From the NCBI RefSeq assembly GCF_001194135.2, contig NC_068983.1, positions 7,574,575-7,638,574 on the forward strand: 64,000 bases of DNA. Reading direction: 5' to 3'. Within the stretch, counting starts at the first letter, position 1. Every line of letters begins with the position of its first letter. This stretch comes from Octopus bimaculoides (Eukaryota). Below the pieces are notes generated by a model, which did not search any database, was not told the DNA's origin, and saw only the letters and a program-made list of their open reading frames with translations. Below, one piece after another: positions 48,990 through 61,880 of the stretch. The position numbers and the translations under genes were made by a program.

Positions 48990-49216
48990 AGAAATATTCT
49001 TTTCTACTCTACACACAAGGCCTGAAATTCTTGGGGAGCGGGGGAGGGGTAGTCGATTAGGTCGACCCCAGTACGCAACCAGTACTTCATTTATCAACCC
49101 TGAAAGGATGAAAGGCAAAGCTGACCTCGGCGGACTTTGAACTCAGAACGTAAAGACAGATGAAATACCGCTAAGCATTTCGTCCTGCGTGCTAACGATT
49201 CTGCCAGCTCGTCGCC

Positions 49217-49250
<34 letters not shown>

Positions 49251-49838
49251 TAATTCTTTCTATTATAGGCAGAAGGCCGGAAATTTCAGATGGGTAGGGC
49301 TAGTTGATTACAACGACCCAGTGCTCAACTTGTACGTATTTTATTGACCACAAATGGAAGAAAGATGAAATTGACCTCAGTGGAATTTGAACTTAGAACT
49401 CTAAGATGGATGAAATACTATTGAGCATTTCACCTGGCAAGCTAATGCTTCCACCAGCTCACCACCTTAAGAATAATAATCCTTTCTGTTATAGATACAA
49501 GGCCTGAAATTTTGGGGGAGGGGTTAAGTCGATTACATCGACCCCAGTACTCCACTGGTACTTTATTTATCGAGCCCGAAAGGATGAAAGGCAAAGTCGA
49601 CCTCGGTGGAATTTGAACTCAGAACATAGCGATGGGCGAAATACCACTAAGCATTTTGTCCAGCATGCTAACGATTCTGCCAGCTTGACATCTTCTTCAT
49701 AATAATAATGATGATGGTTTCAAATTTCTGCCACAAGGGCAGCTTGCGGGAGGGGATTAAATCGATTACATTGACTCCAGTGCATAACCGGTACTTATTT
49801 AACTGACCCCGAAAGGATGAAAGGCAAAATCGACCTCA
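48990..49838 (-). mobile_element. Array of at least 4 family C SINEs
   Basis: Four successive ~220-bp copies separated by (TAA)n/(TGA)n; the last runs into a gap. Confidence 0.88.
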
Positions 49839-50233
49839 NNNNNNNNNNNNNNNNNNNNNNNNNNNNNNNNNNNNNNNNNNNNNNNNNNNNNNNNNNNNNN
49901 NNNNNNNNNNNNNNNNNNNNNNNNNNNNNNNNNNNNNNNNNNNNNNNNNNNNNNNNNNNNNNNNNNNNNNNNNNNNNNNNNNNNNNNNNNNNNNNNNNNN
50001 NNNNNNNNNNNNNNNNNNNNNNNNNNNNNNNNNNNNNNNNNNNNNNNNNNNNNNNNNNNNNNNNNNNNNNNNNNNNNNNNNNNNNNNNNNNNNNNNNNNN
50101 NNNNNNNNNNNNNNNNNNNNNNNNNNNNNNNNNNNNNNNNNNNNNNNNNNNNNNNNNNNNNNNNNNNNNNNNNNNNNNNNNNNNNNNNNNNNNNNNNNNN
50201 NNNNNNNNNNNNNNNNNNNNNNNNNNNNNNNNN

Positions 50234-50415
50234 GGCGACCCCTGTTGTACTCTTTTGCCCCAACTTTCTCTCACTCTTTCTTCCTGTTTCTTGAGTAACG
50301 CTGCGGTGGACTGGCGTCCCGTCCAGCTGGGGGGGGGGACATATACGCCATAGAAACCGGGGAACTAGACCCATGAGCCTGGTTAGGCTTTAAAAGGGTG
50401 CATAAATAAATAAAT
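50234..50415 (+). mobile_element. SINE family D, 3' part (head in the gap)
   Basis: About 90% identical by eye to the reverse complement of 47321-47480, with two small indels. Confidence 0.8.
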
Positions 50416-50835
50416 AGTTTAGTCATTACCCTACATCCAGGAAAGAAATAGGATGGTCACAGTTGCAATGCCATTGATCAAGGGCTGACCAACAACAACC
50501 ACCAAAATTCTAGGCTACATAACACAATCTTAACTTGTTAATATCTGGATCTGTCTCGGAAACAAGGCATTAAAATTTGAACAGGAACTGATTATTTCAT
50601 TTTACTGTTACTATCTTCAGTCACTTAACTCTGGCCATGCTGGGGCACACACACACACATTGCTTTGACTCTAAATCTTATTTCAATAATTTCAGAAACA
50701 TGAAAAACAAAGAAAGCGTGGGTAGGATTTGAACTCAGGACATGAAGAGATGTAAACTACCATAAATTACTTTGTCCATTGCCTGACCAATTCTGCAGAG
50801 AAGAAACCGTGAAGGTTAATGTAAGAAATACTTAC

Positions 50836-50912
50836 GATATAGGTACTGCTGGCATTCCAGTCTCAAAGAACCAGTCATTCCAGTTCACTCTCCTTAAAGC
50901 ACTGCCTTTGCC
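50836..50912 (-). CDS. LTA4H: LTA4H exon
   Basis: GKGSALRRVNWNDWFFETGMPAVPI(S), matching human VDWNAWLYSPGLPP; donor gtaagt; the in-frame acceptor is AAG; 77 nt. Confidence 0.85.
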
Positions 50913-53247
50913 CTTCATTAAACAGATTGAAAATGTAGGAATCATGAAGACATCGTGATAGAAGGTATTATAAACAATGATTGAAAAAAAGAAAAAAAAA
51001 CACAAAAAAAAAACCGACAGATTCACTGGTTGGATTTGAACCATAGACTTGCTGGGCAAATCCTTTTACCCATCAATTAAATCACAACAGATACATGGCT
51101 GGCATACAGGTTCAGGAACAACATCAATAGTTTGAGATGATGGAAGAGTGATGGAGTGGTGATTATGATGGAAGAGTGATGAATATAGCAGAGTAGTGAT
51201 AATGGTGGAAAAGTGAAGATGGTAGACTGATGATTAAGGTGGAATGATGGAAATAACTGAGTGATGGAGTTGACAGAGTGATGGAGATGATGGAGTGATA
51301 GAGATGACAGAGTAATGGAGAAGGTGGAGTGATGAAGATGGCAGAATGATGATTATGGTGGAGTGGTGAAGATAGTAGAGCGATGATTATAATGAAGTGA
51401 AGATGGTGGGCTGATGACGATGGCTGTGTGGCAAAGTTGTTATTGGACACAAACTTGGTTAAGGAAGTTGATAACATGGCAAAATAGTACAAATTTGGAA
51501 AGTTATTAGTTTAGCAAAAGATTTTAATCTGGTCAGGTTTAAACATAATGAGTTAACAGAACAACAGGTAAATATGACAAAGTAAAACTCGTTTTCTTTA
51601 TTTACATTTTGTCTCTATTAATACATAAATGCTGCCTGCATATGGCAGCAGCTACCTTTTACACACACTTATTTGCACTTGGCTTGTCATTCAAGTTAAC
51701 ATTAGAACGGATGAGACTAAAATTCATTCCTTGCCAATCTCAGTAGGTTCCCCCCATACAATGCATCATCGCCATGTTGAGTCATATTCCTTCCATATTG
51801 TCTTTTACTATGGATTTGGGTTATAGGCTAACACAACCTTGTATTAGCCTATAACCCAAAGTTTAGAGAGAAGCTAGGGCTTCTTTCTAAGCTTTGGTAG
51901 AAGCCTGTCAAATGTAATTCCAGCCTTGTGACAGTTTTTCACCAAGTCTACTTGAGGATTACATTAAGAGTACAGGTGTCAGTGGAATACTCAGCCACTT
52001 GGAATATAATTCAATGGAAAGTTGATATAATTCAATGAAAAGTTCAGTTGATCAAACAACTGAAATCATCATAATTGAAACCAACTTTATTTAATGACCA
52101 GTGAAGTAATAACAAGTGTACCTGTGATTAGCTTAGCAGACTGAGAAAAGCTAATTAATATATTCATTTCTAATGAGAAAACTTGATGTCAAAAGCAATA
52201 ATTGAACTTGTGTTCTTGTACCAAAGTGTCCACTACTTTCATCTGACAACAGCTGTTCCTGATAAGATATATTTTGAAGAAAAACTAGACTACAAGCATG
52301 GGTGTGTGATTAAGAAGATCACTCTGCAATCATGTTGTTTCAGGTTCAATCCCATCGTGTGGCATCTTGGGCAAGTGTCTTTTACTATAGCTCCAGGTTG
52401 ACTTATGCCTTGTGAATGTATTTGGTAAACAGAAATTGTGTGGAAACCTGACATGTGTATATAAATATATATATTGGGTCATCCCATATATATAATGCAG
52501 TTTTTTCAATTGCATGAACTAAAAGTCAGAAGGGGACGGGATAAACTACCTGCATCAACTTTTTATAAAAGCAGATAGTAATTCTACCTTGTCCTTATTC
52601 TTAGTGCAAGTTTTGAAGAGTGCAGTTTAATTTTAACAGTTATTTTTTCAAAACTATAATGGAAGTAAACTAAAGGAGCATATTTGGCACATTTTGCTTT
52701 ATGAGTTCAATAAAGGCAACAACACAATGGTAAGTGCGAGGAATATTAATGGACATTCTACTCCCTCTTCATTCTTCATGCTTGTCTGACTTTTTATGAA
52801 CTTTGTGATCAACTCATACCCACTTCTAAAAGGTAGACCACTGTCTACATATTGTACTGAAAGCCTACAATGAATTTCAGCCCAACACACTTTTAAACCA
52901 GAGAAATTGGATCACTGATCTCTATCCTTCCTTGGTGTACACGGTCAGCAGAGCAACCATGTTTACTCTAACACAAGAAAGAAAACTGGAGGATCAAGAT
53001 CGAATCTTGGTTATGTAACCACAAGTGTACTACCTGTTGGCACCCAAGCACTGAAGTCAGTGCAGCCATTCTAAAGAAAGGTTAGAATGACAGTTACAAC
53101 TGGTATCTTTGATCATAAGTCTACTTGATCAGTGGTAACCTGGATCTCGGTTCAAATTATCACTGGTCAACAACAGCAATATCCAATAACAAGAATGTCA
53201 ACATAATTCTTTTTAAGATGGTAGAATATAAATAAATATATATTTAC

Positions 53248-53351
53248 CTTTTCTGTAAAGTAAGACAAGAGGAATTCTTTCCATTGGTGAGAGTTAATTG
53301 AATGATACTTGAAATGTTCAATGTAAGCTTTTAAAAATGGTTCAAAAACCT
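53248..53351 (-). CDS. LTA4H: LTA4H exon
   Basis: (E)VFEPFLKAYIEHFKYHSINSHQWKEFLLSYFTEK; cacag/gtaaat; 104 nt. Confidence 0.94.
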
Positions 53352-54125
53352 CTGTGGAAGTGAAAGAGAATAGTCTTAGACTTTTATTCATATCTAGGAT
53401 GTATTATAGAAATAGGAAATCAAATTTTAGCTCGCAAACTTTATTTTATCAATCCTCAGAAGAAACTGAACACAAAAGCTATAACTAAATGCCTAACGGT
53501 ATTTTGTCCAATGCGCTTAGGATTCTGCCAATCCATAAAAGTAATGGTAAATTACATTTAATTTAGATTACAATATAAAATAGATTTAATATTTTTCTAA
53601 AAAAAGATCCAGCTCTTGAAATCTTACATAAAGACTATATGTTCTCAGTGAGGGTCATCTTTAAAAAAAAATTAACTGAAGGATTACTCAGTACTTGGCT
53701 TGCTCACTATCGTAATAATGTGGTTTACTTTGACTCATTCTGGTTTTATATGGGTTTTGGCAGGGTGTTCCTTTGGCAGATGGAATAATGTGAAGGAAGA
53801 TTAAATGTGGTGTTGGTAGACAGGAGAAATGGTTACATAGGAAAGGAGGAAAATAGAAAAGAACACAAGGAGATATGTGCTTGAAAAAAAAGATATGGTG
53901 GAGAGTCATTCAGGTTTGATAGATGAATTTTGTTACTGTTTAGGATTCAGTCAGGTTTGAAAGTTAAAGAGTAAGCCACTTCCCTTCTAAACCTACACCA
54001 AACGTAAACCTCATTCAGATTACTCTACCCATTGAAGGAACAACCTGCCAAAATCTAAAGCTAGAAAGAACTAAAGATAAACCACAGTTTGATGATGATG
54101 AATAAGCCAAAACTTCAAAATCATT

Positions 54126-55018
54126 NNNNNNNNNNNNNNNNNNNNNNNNNNNNNNNNNNNNNNNNNNNNNNNNNNNNNNNNNNNNNNNNNNNNNNNNNNN
54201 NNNNNNNNNNNNNNNNNNNNNNNNNNNNNNNNNNNNNNNNNNNNNNNNNNNNNNNNNNNNNNNNNNNNNNNNNNNNNNNNNNNNNNNNNNNNNNNNNNNN
54301 NNNNNNNNNNNNNNNNNNNNNNNNNNNNNNNNNNNNNNNNNNNNNNNNNNNNNNNNNNNNNNNNNNNNNNNNNNNNNNNNNNNNNNNNNNNNNNNNNNNN
54401 NNNNNNNNNNNNNNNNNNNNNNNNNNNNNNNNNNNNNNNNNNNNNNNNNNNNNNNNNNNNNNNNNNNNNNNNNNNNNNNNNNNNNNNNNNNNNNNNNNNN
54501 NNNNNNNNNNNNNNNNNNNNNNNNNNNNNNNNNNNNNNNNNNNNNNNNNNNNNNNNNNNNNNNNNNNNNNNNNNNNNNNNNNNNNNNNNNNNNNNNNNNN
54601 NNNNNNNNNNNNNNNNNNNNNNNNNNNNNNNNNNNNNNNNNNNNNNNNNNNNNNNNNNNNNNNNNNNNNNNNNNNNNNNNNNNNNNNNNNNNNNNNNNNN
54701 NNNNNNNNNNNNNNNNNNNNNNNNNNNNNNNNNNNNNNNNNNNNNNNNNNNNNNNNNNNNNNNNNNNNNNNNNNNNNNNNNNNNNNNNNNNNNNNNNNNN
54801 NNNNNNNNNNNNNNNNNNNNNNNNNNNNNNNNNNNNNNNNNNNNNNNNNNNNNNNNNNNNNNNNNNNNNNNNNNNNNNNNNNNNNNNNNNNNNNNNNNNN
54901 NNNNNNNNNNNNNNNNNNNNNNNNNNNNNNNNNNNNNNNNNNNNNNNNNNNNNNNNNNNNNNNNNNNNNNNNNNNNNNNNNNNNNNNNNNNNNNNNNNNN
55001 NNNNNNNNNNNNNNNNNN
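54126..55018. other. Assembly gap (other gaps: 33565-34120, 37293-37429, 39213-39581, 49839-50233, 55897-56114)
   Basis: N runs, mostly flanked by repeats. Confidence 0.99.
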
Positions 55019-55679
55019 TTGGCCCAAGGCTATAGTAGAAAACACATGCCTAAGGTGCCATGTGGTGGGACTGAACCTGGAACCATGAGGTTGGGAAGCA
55101 AGCTTCTTATTTCTTTATTGCCCACAAGGGGGCTAAACATAGAGGGGACAAACAAGGACAGACAAGGAGATTAAATTGATTACATCGACCCAAGTGCGTA
55201 ACTGGTACTTAATTTATCGACCCTGAAAGGATGAAAGGCAAAGTCGACCTCGGCAGAATTTGAACTCAGAACGTAACGGCAGACGAAATACCGCTAAGCA
55301 TTTCGCCCGGCATGCTTAACGATTCTGCCAGCTTGCAGCCATGCCTGTGCCTAGAAATGCAATGATAGCACGTAACAAAGACAAGTGAGAAAGATGTTAA
55401 CATTATGACGTATAGAGAGAAGTAATAGGCATGTTTAGAGATGACATAATAAAGATAAGTCACAGGCATTTTAGTACATTGTGTAGTAGACATGCTATGG
55501 CATGTCATAGTGGAGATAAAGAACAAACATGCTAAGACAGGAGATAACAGGGTGTCACAGAAGGTTGAAAACAAATGATACAGCTTATTTGATAGTGACA
55601 CTGGTTTTACAACTACCATGTGATATCAAGATAAGGAAGCACAAACACACAGCACACACACACACATATATATACACAT

Positions 55680-56114
55680 ATACTCTTTTACTTGTTTCAG
55701 TCATTTGGCTGCGGCCATGCTGGAGCACCGCCTTTAGTCGGGCAAATCGACCCCAGGACTTATTCTTTGTAAGCCTAGTACTTATTCTATCGGTCTTTTT
55801 TGCCAAACCACTAAGTTACGGGGATGTAAACACACCAGCATCGGTTGTCAAGCAATGTTAGAGAGGACAAACACAGACACACACACACACACACATNNNN
55901 NNNNNNNNNNNNNNNNNNNNNNNNNNNNNNNNNNNNNNNNNNNNNNNNNNNNNNNNNNNNNNNNNNNNNNNNNNNNNNNNNNNNNNNNNNNNNNNNNNNN
56001 NNNNNNNNNNNNNNNNNNNNNNNNNNNNNNNNNNNNNNNNNNNNNNNNNNNNNNNNNNNNNNNNNNNNNNNNNNNNNNNNNNNNNNNNNNNNNNNNNNNN
56101 NNNNNNNNNNNNNN

Positions 56115-56150
<36 letters not shown>

Positions 56151-56310
56151 TACAGGCTTCTTTCAGTTTCCATCTACTGAATCCACTCACAAGGCTTTGG
56201 TCGGCCCGAGGCTATAATAGAAGACACTTGACCAAGGTGCCACACAGTGGGACTGATCTAAGAACCATGTGGTTCATAAGCAAGCTACTTACCACACAGC
56301 TGCTCCTGCG
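55680..56310 (-). mobile_element. SINE family A spanning the 55897-56114 gap
   Basis: Tail before the gap and head after it; the gap falls in the internal microsatellite. Confidence 0.85.
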
Positions 56311-56677
56311 CATAAACATATACACACATACACATGCATACAACAGGTGTTTTCAGTTTCCATCTACCAAATCCACTTGCAAAACTTTGGTTGGCCTGGA
56401 GATAACCGAAGGAGCTATAGTAGAAGACACTTGCCTAAGGTGCCACACAGCAGGACTGAACCTGAAACTACGCAGCTGGGACACAAACTTAAACTTCTTT
56501 TCACACAATTGTATGTGAACAGAGATAAAAACAACAAAATGCAATGGCTAGGCAATGAGAAAGAACTTGATGTTTAGCTGCAAAATCAGAACCAGGAGTT
56601 TACAAAAGTCTGTTTTGATCTCAGTGGTTTTAGTTAGATTCAATAACATGGAGGGCAAAAAATATGTGGAAACTCAC

Positions 56678-56792
56678 ATAATCTGACCAGGATTTCTTTC
56701 CAATCATGCCTAAAAGATTCCTTAATGTTTCCCCACAACCTAGCTTAGCACAAATCTTTCTCTCTACAAATGTTGTATGGCCTTCATTTAAC
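56678..56792 (-). CDS. LTA4H: LTA4H exon (third zinc ligand, LNEG)
   Basis: LNEGHTTFVERKICAKLGCGETLRNLLGMIGKKSWSDY; tgtag/gtgagt; 115 nt. Confidence 0.94.
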
Positions 56793-57539
56793 CTACAAAG
56801 AATAAAAAAAACAAATGAAAGATTAAATAAATTCAAATAAAACAAAATAGATTACGTTTGAAATTATTACATTTATTTTTAACAATGTAAAACTACAAAA
56901 GTATTAAGTCCTTTTTAATGTTCTTTTCTATTCTCCTAAAATGTTAAACTTATTTATATTTTATAGCATCATCAGCATCGTCCTGATCGTCGTCGTCACA
57001 GTGTATTCATCATCAAACCCATCTCTCTCCCGCTCACCCCCTCCCTCCAGATCAGGAATTGGCAAACGTCTTAAATCAGTGACCCGCTTCTTTGAATTAT
57101 TGATAAATTATCAACCAACACCCTGCATATGAATTTCTAAAATTATTCTTTCATGTCACTGCTGGTTTTTGACCTCATGACCTTACGGTCATGAGCTAAA
57201 TATCCTAACCACTAAGCCATGTGCCTTCACTTAGAAAGGATTATTACTACTGAATCACAACAATTAAGACAACAAACTAACAGAACTGTCAGCAAGCCAG
57301 ATAAAATGCTTTGCTAGTATTTCTTCTGACATATTTGATGCACTCACCATTCTGCTTGTTTGCTAAAGCAGACAGTGTGTGTTCCCCAATCATAATTTAA
57401 CCCCTTAACACTGGGTTTAAAATTGCCTCCCATTCTGAAATATCACCAACACACACAGCCATACTTAGTCAAAGGGCACTTTTTCCTATTCTTTTCCTGT
57501 CCTGCAAGTCACTTGGCAACTTCAATAGTACTGGTGGCA

Positions 57540-57586
<47 letters not shown>

Positions 57587-58552
57587 CAAAAAAAAAAAGC
57601 ACCCAGAACACTCTGTAAGGTGATTCACATTAGGAAGGGCATCCAGCTGTAGAAACCATACCAAAAATGGTATTAGAGCTAGAAGCAGCCCTGTGGCTAG
57701 CCAGATCATGTCAAACCCTCCAATTCATGCCAGCATGGAAAACATACCTTAAATGGTGAAATTAGTATTCGATGAAAATTATGTGCCACCACTACAAACT
57801 CTATATGATACCCATTTACATCTAAGTAGACTGAGCCAATAACAAACATGTGACTTTAGCTTTGACATAACATTAGCCTTACAACATTTAAATGTCACCT
57901 TCCTACAGACTTTGCAATATTCAATGTTTTAAGAAATGTGTGAAAGAATATATAAAAAATATATATTTAGCCTTGTTCTAAAAAGCTTTTAAAGCAAGAA
58001 TATAGAGATATATTTATGTCTTGCATTCAAAATGTAATTATCTTCAAGAAAAATAAACAAACTCGTTAATAACATACACAGTACCAGGCTCTACAGTTAA
58101 TACCTTAGTAAGGTCAAAGCAATTTGATTCTAATTTATGATGTGTTTACAATTTACTGGTTGACTAATCCTTCTCACTTAACTACACCTAGTGAAGTGTA
58201 AGTAATTTAACTTGCATTTATTATGCAATGACAGTGCAGGAAGTTTAAATATTCATTGTACCGGGCAATCAATCTAAAGATCAGTGAGTTATATCCAGTC
58301 ACTTGCATTGACTTGTGTTTGTGGCCAATCCCACCAATAGGTACCACAGTAAGGTAGGGCTCTCAAACAAAGGCTACAGTTTCAGCATTGTGGAAACACA
58401 CAAGAGTTTATTCAACTCAGAGCAATGAGTTGGACTTAGTTAAATTCTTTTGATACAAACCAGCTGGACACTGCACCTGGTCCTAAGAAACACACTTTTT
58501 TTTTTAAAGCAATCTATATTAAAACCTTTCATAATAATTTCATGTTAATTGA

Positions 58553-58603
<51 letters not shown>

Positions 58604-59779
58604 TTTATGTATACAATGGGCTTCTTTCAGTTACCATTGACCAAATCCACTAACAATGCTTTGGTTAACCTGGGGCTACAGTACAAAACACTTGCCCCAG
58701 GTGTGACATGATGGGATAAATTGCAAGAGCATGTGGTTGGGAAGCAAACCATTTAACCATGCAGCCACACCCATTATAGAAAACAGATAACACTGCAGAA
58801 ACTGATAGCACATAAACCATGTCTGTGTGCAGTTGCAGTTGCACACAGACATGCTTTATCTTGCTGTCCTATGTTCATTTTCAGCCAGCATTTCTGTCAT
58901 GAGGTTACTAACATGCATATTTTGAAATAAGGAATATGCATAAGTGTTGCTTTGGTAGGTACAGGTGTAGCTGTGTGGTAAGAAGTTAGCTTCCCAACCA
59001 CATGGTTCTGGGTTCATTCTCACAGCATGACACCTTAGGCAAGTGTCTTCAGTCACAACACTACTGTTTCTCTTTTACAGATTCAAGACTCAAGAAAACT
59101 CTAAACTTACCCAAGAGTATGAACCCCAGTGAGATGTGAACTGAATACTTGCATTTTGTATGGATTTCCCTCTATCTCCCCCAACTCGTGATACATCGGT
59201 CATTCACCCTTCATTCCAATTTTTGCAGTTGCAGTCTGTCTCCTCATCTCCATGCAATTTGCAAATCACCAACTCACCCACACATTTCTAACTGCCTCAT
59301 GCCTTGATAGGCCACCTGGACACCTCTTCTCATATTTATCTCTTCACAATTCCTACTGATCATTCCCACCCTCTTTTACTTAATGTGAGTAACCATGCAA
59401 GAACCAGCTCTGCATTTCAACCTTCTCGTATTTTAACTTCTCATCTCCTAGCGTAAAGCTGACTTCAATCTCTCTCTCATGGTTTTGTAGTCTTGCAAGC
59501 TGCATAGCAACCTCAACAGTGCTGCTGGCACATAAAAACCACCTGGTACTTGCAGTAAACTGGTTGCTAGCCATAGCAACCATGTCAAAGCAGACACTGG
59601 AGTATGATGCAGTTCTTGGACCCAGTGAATCCTGTCAAACCACCAGTTCCATGTCAGCATAGAACATGAACGTTAAAGTATGATGGTGATGGTGATGACA
59701 ATGATGATGACGATGATGATGTGGAGGAGGAGGAAGTAAACAGAAAAGCAGCATTCAGTAGCTTCTTTCGGGAACTTAC

Positions 59780-59874
59780 CAGAAATGTTCAAATGTAGAA
59801 TTAGTGACCAAGTTGCCAGTCCAACTGTGAGATATTTCATGTGCAATAACATTAGCTAGTGATTTATCTCCAGC
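59780..59874 (-). CDS. LTA4H: LTA4H exon (HEXXH zinc motif)
   Basis: [31 protein letters not shown](W); tttag/gtaagt; 95 nt; not in the ORF track. Confidence 0.97.
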
Positions 59875-59987
59875 CTAAATAAAAAGAAAAATGGAAAAAA
59901 CCTTTACAATCTCAGAACTCATTTAATCATTCTGCACAATCTAGAAATATCCCTTACATCACAACACACCATTTTACAAAAACACTG

Positions 59988-60160
59988 TATAGGCGCAGGA
60001 GTGGCTGTGTGGTAAGTAGCTTGCTTACCAATCACATGGTTCCGGGTTCAGTCCCACTGTGTGGCACCTTGGGCAAGTGTCTTCTACTATAGCCTCAGGC
60101 CGACCAAATCCTCGTGAGTGGATTTGGTAGACGGAAACTGAAAGAAGCCCATAGTATATA

Positions 60161-60247
<87 letters not shown>

Positions 60248-60435
60248 CTGTGCCCCTAGCATTGCTTGACAACCGATGCTGGTGTGTTTATGTCCCCGTC
60301 ACTTAGCAGTTCGGCAAGAGACCAATAGAATAAGTACTAGGCTTACAAAGAATAAGTCCTGGGGTCAATTTGCTTGACTAAAGGCAGTGCTCCAGCATGG
60401 CCACAATCAGATGACTGAAACAAGTAAAAGAGTAA
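59988..60435 (+). mobile_element. SINE family A, full length
   Basis: Family consensus. Further partial copies near 4900-5260, 6220-6400, 17430-17700, 20590-20775, 27235-27420, 34196-34275, 35760-35910, 45940-46250, 52290-52460, 58610-59050. Confidence 0.9.
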
Positions 60436-61739
60436 AGTGTATAATGTAAGGTAATGAGGCAAACTGCTACACAGTCACTTTCCTCTTTTCTTGCTAGAAA
60501 CTGCAGCCAAATATCTTTTAAATCACACCCTACAGTAATGTTATCTCAAGATGTAGCTGTGATGAATGACAGGGTGATGGATGAATTACCATGCCTAATA
60601 AAATTAGAATGTGCTTTAAACTTTATAAACTTGTCCAACCCCATAGCAAAAAAAATGAAGAATGATATAAATGTAAAATTGTTTGTTTTCTCAAGAATAA
60701 AGATGAAAGATGAGAGAAGGTGGGTTAGAAAAATTTCACAAATATTTTGAGAGGCAGATACCTAGTCAGCTTAAGAACTACTTCCCCCACCACCACCACC
60801 ACTTATCTTATAAGAAGGGAAACTTTGGATAATGTACTCCCAGATATTTATCACTGAACCCCACCCCGCTGCTACCTCAACCCTTGTTCTTCATTCAGTA
60901 TATTCATACTCCTATTCCATCTCTATCTATTCTCCATTCTCTCCATACAACATTGCAGATTCTATCCTTTTCTACTCAAGGCACAAGGCCAGAAATTTTG
61001 CGGGAGGGATGGTACTTAATTTATCGACCCCGAAAGGATGAAAAGCATAGTCGACCTCAGCGGAATTTGAACTCAGAAAGTAAAGACTAAGCATTTCACC
61101 CGGCGTGCTAACGTCTCTGCCGGCTCGCAGCCTTCTATCCACCCACTCTTTTTGTTCTTCAACCCCCACTGTACTCCACCCCGGGCACACTCTGATTCCT
61201 CGTCACTACCGTCTTTATCTCTTTCCAATCTCACCCACACCTTATGTAATGTAAGCAGCCATGTATCTCCCCTACAGCAAGAAACTTGTTCCAGCCCCTT
61301 CCTTCACATTCTAGCATTTCTCTGAGTAGCAAAAAGCTGCCTCCTTCTAAACAGTAGCCCCATGAAGGGGATCTTAGTTTTGTGAGTAACATGGTAACCT
61401 CACTAGTGCTGATGCCATGAAAACACCAAAAAAAAAAGAGTCCAGTACTTTCTACGAAGTCAATGACATTAGTAAGAGCACCCAACCAATGAAACCATGC
61501 CAAATAAGACAATGGAGTATGACGTAGTCTGTCAATATGTCAGATCCTGTCAAACTGCACAACCCATGTTAGGATAGAAGAAAAGGAAGATCAATGATGA
61601 ATGGTGGTGGTGGTAGTGATGATGATTATGATACAAGGATATCACAGCTGAAACTCCTTTGGTCATGGGTCAGTAAGATGAGGGCTGACATGGGACTAAA
61701 TGAACAATAAAGGTAAATGTAATAAAATACAAAGCTTAC

Positions 61740-61880
61740 CAAGAGTGTTGGGGTAACGAATGTGAGGCAAGGATTCTCCATGCCACCATAAGGAAAAGAT
61801 GGTGGTAGCACAACAAGATCATATTGACCCCATACATATGGTCCCATCAGGCTCTCAGCAACTTTCAGCATCTCTTCAGT
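61740..61880 (-). CDS. LTA4H: LTA4H exon (GXMEN motif)
   Basis: [47 protein letters not shown]; attag/gtaagc; 141 nt. Confidence 0.97.
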
